Origin: a virus
Lineage: Duplodnaviria > Heunggongvirae > Uroviricota > Caudoviricetes
Reading direction: 5' to 3' (one strand)
DNA: 33,280 bases
IMG/VR virus record: IMGVR_UViG_2700989274_000006
Coordinates: 1 to 33,280 of that record
The notes below the pieces were generated by a model. The model saw only the letters and a program-made list of their open reading frames with translations. It had not been told where the DNA came from and made no database searches. Shown in pieces: positions 6,871 through 16,412 of this stretch (positions within the stretch are counted from its first letter, which is position 1; each line of letters starts with the position of its first letter). Made by a program: the position numbers and the translations under genes.

Positions 6871-8908
6871 AATGTCCCTCCGCCCTAAAACGCATAAACG
6901 CGGCTGCACCTTCTGCAAGGTGCTTTTCCCAGGCATCCGGCGAAGTTAACGATGGGAGGCGTCCACGTTCACGTTTGAATTCAGCAGCACGCTTGGCGAT
7001 CACTTTGGCATCTTCAGGCGTGATCGAGGTACGCTTGGCCGAGATGGCCGCCGCGACCTGCTTCAAGCTATCTTCGCTCATTGTCTTAGCAAGGATGGCG
7101 TAGGCTTCACCAAAGGGATTGATGCGGTCGATAAGATCTATGTCTAAATCGCGTACGTCCATCGCAAAGCGACGCACTCCGTCAATAAGGGCAGTATTGA
7201 GCGTCCCATCGTTCTCGCCGTTGACAATACGCTTAGCCTGCTGCGTGAGATTAAGGGCGGCAATAGCGTGCTGACGCACAGCCTCCTGATCTTCAGCGCC
7301 AAGTTCAGGGTACTTTTCTTTGATGATCTTCCCCATACGAACCTGTGTTAATTCTTCAGGAATGAGCTCTTCGTCGAACAGTCCACGTTCGATGGCGGGC
7401 TTATCTTGCACAAAAGCCGCGATCACTTCATTTAAATCTTCCTGGCAGATGCGTGCCGCCTCTTTGCTCCTGGGCTCGGCAAGTCCCTTAATCTCGATTT
7501 GATACGTCCCTGTCTGCTCATTAACACCAAAATTGCAGTTATCCGGGTCATACCCTCCTTCACCATAATCAAAACCTGGGGTCGGGCCGCTTTCTGGGTT
7601 CTTAGGCTTGAACTCGAAGCGCGGAGCCAATACTTGCTCCATCAGCAGGCTTGCCGCGATGGCTTTCAAGGTATCGTTGACTGCCTCGGTGACTGCCCCC
7701 TCTACAGCATCCGGCTCGGCGATCAGGTTAGTAAACCTTGCGCGGGTTTTACCCGGCGCGTCGCGAGTGGCGCGACCGATGATCTGCACGATCTCAGTCA
7801 GGCTGGCACGGTAACCAACGGTCAACGCATGTTCGCACCAGATCCAGTCGAAACCTTCCTTCGCCATACCAAGTGCAATAATGATGTCCACATAATCACG
7901 GTCTGTCTTCATTTCTGCAGCACGGAGACTTTCCTGAATCTTGCCTTGGCTGGTTGGGTCCACCAGGTCAGCAATACGTAACACGCGTCCATCGAGGCAT
8001 TTGACTAGCTGAAAACCAGTCACAGGATCCGCTCCTTGCCAATCGCCAAGCTCGCCGAGAATGTGCTCCACCTCTTTGATTTTATCCTTCGTGCTCTCGC
8101 GCGAATTGACGTTGGGAATATGGATAATGGTCTTCTTGTCAGGATCGAGTACATTGAGGATGTCATCGACGTAGGAGCCACTGTAGAAGAAGTAGCCGAT
8201 ATCGAGTTGCTTGAGGTATTCGTAGCCGTTAAGTTGTTCGTAGTAGGTGTAGGTGACGGTATCGAACCTGGACTCATCCTGAGGAGCCAACACGGCCTCC
8301 GCATCACCCCGGAAGTAGGATCCGGTCATGGCAACGATGTGCGTCTTGTCCCGCGCGATAAACTGCCCCAGCTGCTGACCAAGCTTATTATCCGGGTTAG
8401 CTGACACATGGTGGAATTCATCGACCGCGATCAGGCGATCGTCAAACGCTTCTATACCGTAGGCATCGACCGCGAAGCGAAAGGTTGCGTGTGTGCAAAC
8501 AAGCACCTTGTCACTACTTTCAAGAAAAGAGCCAAAAGATCTTACCTTGCCACCGTTGTCGTTACCGGGCGCGTTGCACAGGTTCCACTTAGGTTCGACA
8601 TGCCAATCAGTCCAGAATCCAAACTGCGATAGCGGTTCATCGTTGAAGCTCGCGCCGATAGATTTTTCCGGCACAACGATGATTGCCTGTTTAATCCCTT
8701 GATTTTCGAGTTTGTCGAGTGCGACGAACATCAGAGCACGACTCTTACCGGAGGCGGGCGGCGACTTGATGAGAAGATATTGTTCTCCGCGCTTCTCATA
8801 GGCCCTTTCTTGCATAGGCCGCATCCCAAGAGCATTAGCCTTGGTCGATGCTCCGCTGCGTGAGTAGGTAACGGAAACGGACGGTACTGATTTAATCTTG
8901 TTGCTCAT
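6863..8908 (-). CDS. SF2 DExH-box helicase/translocase (type III restriction Res-like ATPase)
   Basis: 681 aa; Walker A SPPASGKS, motif II VDEFHH, motif III MTGS, motif VI QIIGRATR; ~250 aa C-terminal extension of unknown function; start overlaps the methyltransferase stop (ATGA). Confidence 0.8.
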   Translation of the reverse strand: MSNKIKSVPSVSVTYSRSGASTKANALGMRPMQERAYEKRGEQYLLIKSPPASGKSRALMFVALDKLENQGIKQAIIVVPEKSIGASFNDEPLSQFGFWTDWHVEPKWNLCNAPGNDNGGKVRSFGSFLESSDKVLVCTHATFRFAVDAYGIEAFDDRLIAVDEFHHVSANPDNKLGQQLGQFIARDKTHIVAMTGSYFRGDAEAVLAPQDESRFDTVTYTYYEQLNGYEYLKQLDIGYFFYSGSYVDDILNVLDPDKKTIIHIPNVNSRESTKDKIKEVEHILGELGDWQGADPVTGFQLVKCLDGRVLRIADLVDPTSQGKIQESLRAAEMKTDRDYVDIIIALGMAKEGFDWIWCEHALTVGYRASLTEIVQIIGRATRDAPGKTRARFTNLIAEPDAVEGAVTEAVNDTLKAIAASLLMEQVLAPRFEFKPKNPESGPTPGFDYGEGGYDPDNCNFGVNEQTGTYQIEIKGLAEPRSKEAARICQEDLNEVIAAFVQDKPAIERGLFDEELIPEELTQVRMGKIIKEKYPELGAEDQEAVRQHAIAALNLTQQAKRIVNGENDGTLNTALIDGVRRFAMDVRDLDIDLIDRINPFGEAYAILAKTMSEDSLKQVAAAISAKRTSITPEDAKVIAKRAAEFKRERGRLPSLTSPDAWEKHLAEGAAAFMRFRAEGHYE

Positions 8909-11712
8909 GCATTAGTTCTCACTTTACGCTTCTTGCCTTTGGCCGGTGCAGCAGAAGCGGCCATCTTTATATAAAGATCAAATAGCTTTTCAAGCCGCTC
9001 TGTATCATTCTTAAAGCGACGGCCGATGTAGATGCGCTCCAGTACTTCATCATTGCGATCATGCGCAGCCCGCAGATCAGTAGGCATGTTAGCAGGATCG
9101 TATAGGTCCGCGATGGTCGCGGGAAAATGATGCTCACGCGCCAGAAGTATGTCCTCCGCGCAGCGTGTGAGGTCAGCCTTGTTTTTTTCTGTGAGTTTTG
9201 GTACTGGGAAGGTGTTCCAGCCGAGGGTGTTAGAGTAGCGGTAGCGTGTTTCCAATTTTCCGCAGATGGTGGCGATCCAAACCAGGTGTAGACGAGATGC
9301 AATGAGCGCAAGATTCCAGAGCGGAGCGTCGTAGAGAGCAAAGGCGAGGTTACTGACTACCGAATGATTATCAATCAGTCCAACAGGAAGATACTCGCGC
9401 CCTTCCGATGAAACCCCCGGTAGAATCAGCGTGTGCTTGCCACCGTGATACATTTCGCGAAACTGATGAGCCCGTGATGCTAACTCATTCGTACCAGCAT
9501 CTTTACTTTTGAGCCGCATTTCCCGAACGCCATCAATCCGACCCCGAATAGACGCAATCTCCAAAGCTTGCGGCAATTTTACATCAGGGATCCAGAGGCA
9601 CTTACGTACTACTCCGCGAATAAACTCGGCAGAACCATAGATGCGCCGAAGAAATGTCTCTTCATCCTGCTTGCTCAAACCGAGCGAAACCGCGTCATCC
9701 GCCGATAACAAAAGATTTCCCCCATCGACGGGCATGTTGCCAAAAGACATATCCGGCAGACCCGATATGCTCTTGCGCTGGCCCTCGACTACAACATCCT
9801 CACCAACACTCAGATAGGGCGTGATGTTTGTCGCCTCGCGTACAGTAGTTTGGCCATTGCGGTCCAAGTCGTAAAGTAGCCTTGTCTTACTCACATCCGT
9901 AGATAGGCCGACGATAGCGACTGTTACACCCGCGTTGTGTGCAGCAAGGTTCGTCCATTTGAAGCTGGAGTGCGCGAAGCGAATGTGGGAGCCACATTTG
10001 AAAATTGCTGGCCACAGGATAGGAACAATTCGGCCTTGACAGATAGAGTTGGTGCTAACAAAAGCCGAATCCGTTGGTGTGGCTTGCGCGTAGGCAGCAG
10101 CTTTCATGAACCAACCACCAACATAATCGATTTGTTTAGACGAAATACCATAAGGTTCAAATACCGAAGCCAAATCCGCTTTCTGCTCTTTAGTCTGCGT
10201 TTGGCTACCTTTGTAAGGTGGGTTACCACAGATGTATGTCTCCCCACCTTCGTTCTGAAAGCCAATCTCTGCTTGACCGAGAGGCGTCTCAAAGAGGTTA
10301 TCTGCCTGCAACTTCACGCCAATTCCGGACGGAGGGCAAACGCTCAACCAATCAATCCGCAATGCGTTGCCACATGTAATCCAATTATCATTACGCAGAG
10401 GAAGAAACTCGGCCAGTGCAAGTTTTAGTCCCCGGTACACCACATCGCACTGATACTCAGCAATAACTAGCGCGAGACGGGCAATCTCCGCAGGGAAATC
10501 TCGTATTTCGATCCCGCGAAAGTTGGTAAGAGGGATGTCAGAGGCATTATCCATCTCGCCACGTCGTCGATTAATCTCGGCCTCGATGGCTCGCATTTCC
10601 TTGTACGCAATCACTAAGAAGTTGCCAGATCCACATGCTGGGTCGAATACGCGGATTCGGGCCATACGCTTGCGCAGATTGAGCAGCATGCGCGGATTGT
10701 CACCGGCTTCATCCAGTTTCGCCCGCAGTTCGTCGAGGAATAGTGGGTTAAGCACCTTGAGTATATTGGGGACACTAGTGTAATGCATTCCCAACTCACC
10801 ACGCTCTTCGTCTTCGGTAATGGCCTGAATCATCGAGCCGAATATGTCTGGGTTGATTTTGGTCCAATCCAGATTGCCAACATGTAGAAGATAGGATCGC
10901 GCAATACGGCTGAAGCGCGGTACCTCCTCACTTCCCGAGAAAAGAGCGCCGTTTACATAAGGAAACTCAGCAGCCCAACGCGGGATACCGACAACACTTC
11001 GCTCATCGCGTGGGGTGTTCATTGCACGAAACAACGTGGCGATGACCTCGTGCAAATTAGAAGCGTCGCGCTCACTCATCTGCGCAATAGTGTCAGTAAA
11101 GCGCCCCTTGCCTATAAATATGTCAGTGTCTTCGGCGAAAAAGCAGAAAATTAGACGCGCCATGAACTTGTTCATGTCATGACGACGCCCCGAAGTACCC
11201 CATTCAGGATTGTCTTTTAACAGTTCGACGTACAGGCGGTTCAAACGGCTAGTAGCACGGATGTCAAAGGCGTCTTCGCTGATCTGCCGAACAGTGCTGA
11301 TACCTGCCAATGGCAAAAAGAAGCCGAAGTGATCGGGAAAGTCTTTAAAGGCACAAGCCACAGTCTGACCACTGTTGAGGTCCTCGGCTTCAAAGTATTT
11401 GCCGTCCGTGGCAAGGATGAATTTCGCCTTGGCCTTGCCTGTTGCCGGGCTGGCCTTAAGTGCAGCCAGCATCTGTGTGACTTGGCCCCCTTCACTGGCC
11501 AGAATGTGGATGTTGTTTGTCTGAAGAACACCACCCAAGTCGGACTTATTCGATGCCCCGGCGCGCAGACGTTTGATGGTCGTTTCCTTGTTACCAAAGG
11601 CTTCAAGAAAAGCATAAGGAAACTCTATAGGATCAAAGGGTTGTTCCGCAAGATCCGTGATGGCTTGCTCAATTTCTACGGCGTTCATTTGCGTACAGTT
11701 CTCCATTGGCAT
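8905..11712 (-). CDS. MmeI-family (type IIG/IIL-like, YeeA-like) N6-adenine DNA methyltransferase, apparently without endonuclease motif
   Basis: 935 aa; SAM motif I FDPACGSGNFLV, catalytic motif IV GNPPY; further MmeI-family blocks MARLIFCFFAEDTDIF, LGMHYTSVPNILKVLNPLFLDEL; no PD-(D/E)xK seen in the N-terminal ~120 aa. Confidence 0.85.
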   Translation of the reverse strand: MPMENCTQMNAVEIEQAITDLAEQPFDPIEFPYAFLEAFGNKETTIKRLRAGASNKSDLGGVLQTNNIHILASEGGQVTQMLAALKASPATGKAKAKFILATDGKYFEAEDLNSGQTVACAFKDFPDHFGFFLPLAGISTVRQISEDAFDIRATSRLNRLYVELLKDNPEWGTSGRRHDMNKFMARLIFCFFAEDTDIFIGKGRFTDTIAQMSERDASNLHEVIATLFRAMNTPRDERSVVGIPRWAAEFPYVNGALFSGSEEVPRFSRIARSYLLHVGNLDWTKINPDIFGSMIQAITEDEERGELGMHYTSVPNILKVLNPLFLDELRAKLDEAGDNPRMLLNLRKRMARIRVFDPACGSGNFLVIAYKEMRAIEAEINRRRGEMDNASDIPLTNFRGIEIRDFPAEIARLALVIAEYQCDVVYRGLKLALAEFLPLRNDNWITCGNALRIDWLSVCPPSGIGVKLQADNLFETPLGQAEIGFQNEGGETYICGNPPYKGSQTQTKEQKADLASVFEPYGISSKQIDYVGGWFMKAAAYAQATPTDSAFVSTNSICQGRIVPILWPAIFKCGSHIRFAHSSFKWTNLAAHNAGVTVAIVGLSTDVSKTRLLYDLDRNGQTTVREATNITPYLSVGEDVVVEGQRKSISGLPDMSFGNMPVDGGNLLLSADDAVSLGLSKQDEETFLRRIYGSAEFIRGVVRKCLWIPDVKLPQALEIASIRGRIDGVREMRLKSKDAGTNELASRAHQFREMYHGGKHTLILPGVSSEGREYLPVGLIDNHSVVSNLAFALYDAPLWNLALIASRLHLVWIATICGKLETRYRYSNTLGWNTFPVPKLTEKNKADLTRCAEDILLAREHHFPATIADLYDPANMPTDLRAAHDRNDEVLERIYIGRRFKNDTERLEKLFDLYIKMAASAAPAKGKKRKVRTNA

Positions 11713-11993
11713 GTGACCGCCCTGCTGCTACTGGTGTGCAGTGAACTCATGTCATATCCTAGGTTTTCTTGGAAATTTTTGACCGTAAGTTTAACAGAAT
11801 AGAACCCAGCGCTGTAGCTGATTCAGTCTCAGATCCACGTTTCAGAAAGCCCTATTATGTATTTATGGCGAGAATTTTAGCATTGAGATATTTTCGATAA
11901 AATATACATATTTTCAGCCAATTAAAGACTGCTAAATTCATGGTATATGAGACGCTCGCATGTGAGTAACTTCCGTTCTTATTTCTGGTTTTC

Positions 11994-13316
11994 TTAAAAC
12001 GTATTAAGGTTGCACCGAATATGGTTTTCCCCGCTGACCCTGACCCGATTGACTGTCCAGTCAGCTATGACGTCAAGCACATGACGAAGGTAGCTTTCTG
12101 GATCCACGCCGTTTAGTTTGCACGTCCCGATCAGACTGTACATCAGCGCTACACGCTCACCTCCGTGGTCTGAGCCGAAGAACAGCCAGTTTTTTCTCCC
12201 CAAACTGACCATCCGCAGCGCATTTTCAGCGATGTTGTTATCGGCTTCTGTCCAGCCATTGCCTGCATAGTGCGTCAGGGCCGGCCACTGGTTAAGGGCG
12301 TACGCGAACGCTTTCGCCAGCTCTGAGTGTCGTGACAGGGTGTTCATCTTTTCACGCAGCCAGCTTTCCAGGGATTTCAGCAGCGGTTTCGCTTTCTGCT
12401 GACGTTCAGCAAGACGTTGCTCCGCCGGCATTCCCCTTATTTCCGCCCCGATGGCATACAACCCGCCGATACGCTTCAGGGCATCCTCCGTCAGCGCCGA
12501 CGGCGTGCGGGCGTACACATCGTGGATTTTACGGCGGGCGTGAGCCCAGCAGGCGGCTTCCGTTATCTGGCCACCGCGGTACAACTCGTTGAATCCTGCA
12601 TACGCATCCGCCTGCAGCACTCCCCTGAAGCCGGCAAGATGGGTCTGCGGGTGGATGGCTTTTCTGTCCGGGCTGTAAGCGAACCACACCGCCGGTGCGA
12701 CTGCTGACCCGGCGTTGCGGTCATCACGAACGTACTTCCACAATCGCCCGGACTTCGTCTTCTTATTGCCCGACAGCAGCATCTGGACCGGGGTATCATC
12801 GACATGGAGTTTGCCGTCGCTCAGGACATAGCCCCGAAGCGCCTCCTCCAGCGGTGACAGCAGCCTGCAGCATGCATCCACCCAGCCCGACAGGAGGGAG
12901 CGGCTCAGTTCCACACCCTGGCGGCTATATATTTCAGACTGGCGGTACAGCGGGGTATGCTCTGCATACTTTGAGCCCAGTACCCGGGCCAGCAGCCCCG
13001 CTCCGGCGATACTCCGCTCGATGGGACGTGAAGGCGCGGGGGCCTGCACGATAGCGTCGCATTTTGTACAGGCGTGTTTTTCCCGCACGGTCCGGATAAC
13101 CCGGAAGGCGCTGCGCATCAGCTCCAGCTGTTCAGCAGTATCTTCACCCAGCCAGCGCAGTGAATCGCCACAGTCCGGGCAGCATGATGCCGCCGACAAC
13201 AGCCGTTTTTCGTCACGAGGGAGTGATTCGGGGAACGGTTTACGGGTGCGGGTCTGGCGAAGCGACCACGCTCCAGCCGTTTGGTCAGCAGACACAGCCT
13301 GTCGCCGGTAGACCAC
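11994..13316 (-). CDS. tnpC: IS66-family transposase TnpC (N-terminus likely truncated)
   Basis: 440 aa; conserved IS66 TnpC blocks LPRDEK, CPDCGDSLRWLGEDTAEQLEL, IVQAPAPSRPIERSIAG, HTPLYRQSEI; only ~26 aa precede the LPR motif whereas family members usually carry a longer N-terminal zipper region. Confidence 0.8.
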   Translation of the reverse strand: MVYRRQAVSADQTAGAWSLRQTRTRKPFPESLPRDEKRLLSAASCCPDCGDSLRWLGEDTAEQLELMRSAFRVIRTVREKHACTKCDAIVQAPAPSRPIERSIAGAGLLARVLGSKYAEHTPLYRQSEIYSRQGVELSRSLLSGWVDACCRLLSPLEEALRGYVLSDGKLHVDDTPVQMLLSGNKKTKSGRLWKYVRDDRNAGSAVAPAVWFAYSPDRKAIHPQTHLAGFRGVLQADAYAGFNELYRGGQITEAACWAHARRKIHDVYARTPSALTEDALKRIGGLYAIGAEIRGMPAEQRLAERQQKAKPLLKSLESWLREKMNTLSRHSELAKAFAYALNQWPALTHYAGNGWTEADNNIAENALRMVSLGRKNWLFFGSDHGGERVALMYSLIGTCKLNGVDPESYLRHVLDVIADWTVNRVRVSGENHIRCNLNTF

Positions 13317-13486
13317 AGCAATTTTACCTGACTGCCACTGCAGCCCCGGAAGATGAAGACTTGGCCGGACATCGGGTCGTCTTTCAGTGCCGTCTGCACT
13401 TTTGCCGCCAGCCCGTTGAAGCCGTTGCGCATGTCGGTGATACCGGCAACCAGCCAGATTTTAGTGCCTGCAGGAAGATTTATCAT
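13118..13486 (-). CDS. tnpB: IS66 Orf2 (TnpB)
   Basis: N-terminal WLVAGITDMRNGFNGLAAKVQ ... KRLERGRF is the IS66 OrfB signature; the C-terminal tail looks atypical and overlaps the tnpC start by ~200 nt, consistent with a frameshift or deletion. Confidence 0.75.
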   Translation of the reverse strand: MINLPAGTKIWLVAGITDMRNGFNGLAAKVQTALKDDPMSGQVFIFRGCSGSQVKLLWSTGDRLCLLTKRLERGRFARPAPVNRSPNHSLVTKNGCCRRHHAARTVAIHCAGWVKILLNSWS

Positions 13487-13866
13487 ACAGTCCCTCGCAT
13501 CAGTTCGCGCAGGACAGTGGTGATGAGTTCAGTTGAGGGATGAGTCAGTGTTATATCTCCGCCCCGACATTTTATGTGACAGGCAGTCTGAGGTGAACAG
13601 GATGGCGGTTCGGGCGTTGGGGGAGATGGCTCTGCCCGAAATTGCACGGGTATGAGAGCAGGAAGCGACGATGCGTTTTTCCGTGGGTGGCAGACCCGCC
13701 CTTCACGTTGCCAGAGCCTTATCCATTTAAAGAGCAGGTTGTCATTGACATCATGTTGTCGGGCCAGCGCAGCAACACTTCCTTCTTTTTCAAGTGCCAG
13801 CCTGACCAGTTCCATTTTAAACTCAGGGGAATATCGTTTTCGGGGAAGTCTTTCTTTGGCGCGCAT
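13483..13866 (-). CDS. tnpA: IS66 Orf1 (TnpA, HTH protein)
   Basis: 127 aa; RKRYSPEFKMELVRLALEKEGSVAALARQHDVNDNLLFKW is an IS66/IS3-type N-terminal HTH; stop overlaps the tnpB start (ATGA). Confidence 0.8.
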   Translation of the reverse strand: MRAKERLPRKRYSPEFKMELVRLALEKEGSVAALARQHDVNDNLLFKWIRLWQREGRVCHPRKNASSLPALIPVQFRAEPSPPTPEPPSCSPQTACHIKCRGGDITLTHPSTELITTVLRELMRGTV

Positions 13867-14089
13867 TAGGTGTCCACCTGCAAATTAAGTGGGGGCTTAA
13901 GTTACAGGATAGTGGTTTCAGAGCCAGACGTTTTTGAGACAACGCTTACTCTAAACCCAAGCGTAAATGTCTATTATTGGCAAAATACCACCAGCCAACA
14001 TGAGCTGTGATGTAAAGTTGACACTGCTACAGTTACATGAGCCTGTTTATATTCTAAATAAATTCAGATAGATATTATCTCCGTGAATC

Positions 14090-14128
14090 CCCCGCCTCCC
14101 TGACCGGAGCGCGGGAATTTTTGTTTTT
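14090..14128 (+). terminator. Hairpin plus T-tract; candidate late-operon terminator (tR'-like) upstream of the lysis region
   Basis: GCCCGCCTCC ... GGAGCGCGGG imperfect stem followed by AATTTTTGTTTTT; a TTGACA hexamer lies at 14018-14023, but no convincing -10 was found. Confidence 0.35.
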
Positions 14129-14252
14129 CACGCTGAGAACCCTGTATGAATAAAACTGATGGCCTTCAGGCCCTGGAAAAACCGCTGGCGTCGCTTCCCG
14201 ATACGCTTCGCCAGCTTATTCTTGAACGTATTCAGAATCTGACCCACTACGA

Positions 14253-14262
14253 NNNNNNNNNN
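14253..14262. other. Assembly gap (10 N)
   Basis: Run of n characters; interrupts a plus-strand ORF that begins MNKTDGLQALEKP at 14146. Confidence 0.99.
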
Positions 14263-14281
14263 GCCACCGACGGCATTGCGG

Positions 14282-14695
14282 TCAGAAAAAGATGATATTG
14301 AATCGCCCATTGAAAAACTGGAGGGCAGCGTCGCTGATCTGAATAAAAAATTGTCGGTGCTGATTCCTTCTGAAGATGAAAAAAAACGCCGCGATGAGCA
14401 GTTTGCGGCGTTTTACGATTATTGCATTGAAGTTACTCTCGCAGGAATTTTGTGAAGATTTTTGAGGAGGGTAAATCTCTTCAGTAAGCTTAATGGCGGA
14501 CGCTGCAATTAATTCAGGAAGGTCCGCAAGGTCATCTGTCAGTGGATATGATGAAAAATCGGCGGCAGTTCTGTTAAGAAGCGCTTTAACTAATTCCTTT
14601 TCCTTCTCCGGCAACAAGTTGATTAGAGCTACGACTGCTTGCCTGAGTGCGATTAAATCAGCAAAAGTTTGTTTAGGTAGATTTGTGTAATCCAT
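14282..14695 (-). CDS. Hypothetical protein (extent uncertain)
   Basis: ORF with AGAGG about 9 nt upstream of the ATG at 14695; its C-terminal half overlaps a plus-strand reading frame that crosses the gap, so the true coding extent is ambiguous. Confidence 0.3.
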   Translation of the reverse strand: MDYTNLPKQTFADLIALRQAVVALINLLPEKEKELVKALLNRTAADFSSYPLTDDLADLPELIAASAIKLTEEIYPPQKSSQNSCESNFNAIIVKRRKLLIAAFFFIFRRNQHRQFFIQISDAALQFFNGRFNIIFF

Positions 14696-14808
14696 AGTCG
14701 CCTCTGTGTTTATCAGATTGACATCCTCCTCCCGCCAGTGCCCATCACTGGTGAGGTAAGATTTAACATATCCGGGGATTTGAAGCCGATAAATCCTGAT
14801 AAATATCC

Positions 14809-15836
<1,028 letters not shown>

Positions 15837-16087
15837 ATTAATATTAAATCGGATTATTTTTAGCGCTGAATGTGAAATTTAAATAAAAAGGACTCTTCCA
15901 TGAGTCAAAATCCTTGAAATCTTAAGGGTAAGATAAAAGGTCATTAGACAGAATGACACGTTTTATTAATAAATAAAGCTATTGTTTCATTCGTGTGTTT
16001 TTCTTTACAAAAGTAATCCTTGCTATGGTTGGTTAATCATGCGTTAATGGTGTTCTGGTTTGTTACAAAATTATCTGAAGCAGTCAT

Positions 16088-16096
16088 TGTTATAAT
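16088..16096 (+). promoter_or_regulatory. Extended -10 element (TGtTATAAT), candidate promoter for the csp gene
   Basis: tgttataat at 16088-16096, about 105 nt upstream of the csp ATG, which would give the long 5' UTR typical of cold-shock genes; no good -35. Confidence 0.3.
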
Positions 16097-16199
16097 TTTA
16101 TTATTTGTACCTCTTGAGATTTCCTTGTTGGTTTTTCTCTCTGATATTTTTTTTCGGACCATTCTGCCCAAGGGCTAACTTCTTCAAAAGGTAATAATG

Positions 16200-16412
16200 A
16201 TGTCTAACAAAATGACTGGTTTAGTGAAATGGTTTAACCCTGAAAAAGGTTTTGGTTTCATCACGCCGAAAGATGGTAGCAAAGATGTGTTTGTCCATTT
16301 CTCAGCTATTCAGAGCAACGATTTCAAAACGTTAACTGAGAATCAGGAAGTCGAATTTGGTATTGAGAACGGACCTAAAGGCCCCGCGGCTGTTCATGTT
16401 GTGGCACTTTGA
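16200..16412 (+). CDS. cspI: CspA-family cold-shock protein (CspI-like, prophage-borne)
   Basis: 70 aa; [38 protein letters not shown] contains the RNP1/RNP2 motifs; the sequence matches my recollection of E. coli Qin-prophage CspI. Confidence 0.85.
   Translation: MSNKMTGLVKWFNPEKGFGFITPKDGSKDVFVHFSAIQSNDFKTLTENQEVEFGIENGPKGPAAVHVVAL

Larger units (their letters stand above)
11966..13948 (-). mobile_element. IS66-family insertion sequence (tnpA-tnpB-tnpC), possibly internally deleted
   Basis: Three overlapping ORFs with IS66 OrfA/OrfB/TnpC features; terminal GTAAGCG-like sequence at the 13942-13948 end (reverse strand); element ~1.98 kb, shorter than the ~2.5 kb I recall for IS66 members; ends approximate; no 8-bp target-site duplication found. 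Confidence 0.7.

Noticed and set aside
7499-7981. 160-aa plus-strand ORF, and other plus-strand ORFs between 7320 and 8702
   Set aside because: Antisense to the helicase gene, which has clear SF2 motifs; no RBS or domain evidence.
9937-10428. 163-aa plus-strand ORF inside the methyltransferase region
   Set aside because: Antisense to the methyltransferase coding sequence; low-complexity translation.
8905-11712. Considered calling the large MmeI-like protein a bifunctional type IIG/IIL restriction-modification enzyme
   Set aside because: I could not find a PD-(D/E)xK motif in the N-terminal domain; called it a methyltransferase with the nuclease status left open.
11713-11965. Looked for a sigma-70 promoter for the defense operon in the 250 bp between the methyltransferase start and the IS66 end
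   Set aside because: The region is AT-rich with many near-matches; no single -35/-10 pair stood out, so no promoter is called.
12332-13543. Several plus-strand ORFs (86-127 aa) within the IS66 element
   Set aside because: Antisense to tnpB/tnpC; Arg/Pro-rich translations typical of GC-rich antisense frames.
14018-14060. TTGACA hexamer at 14018-14023 as the -35 of a late promoter (pR'-like)
   Set aside because: No acceptable -10 hexamer at 16-19 bp spacing; only the downstream hairpin plus T-tract is reported, at low confidence.
14128-14310. 60-aa minus-strand ORF containing XXXX
   Set aside because: Spans the 10-N assembly gap, so its translation is an artefact.
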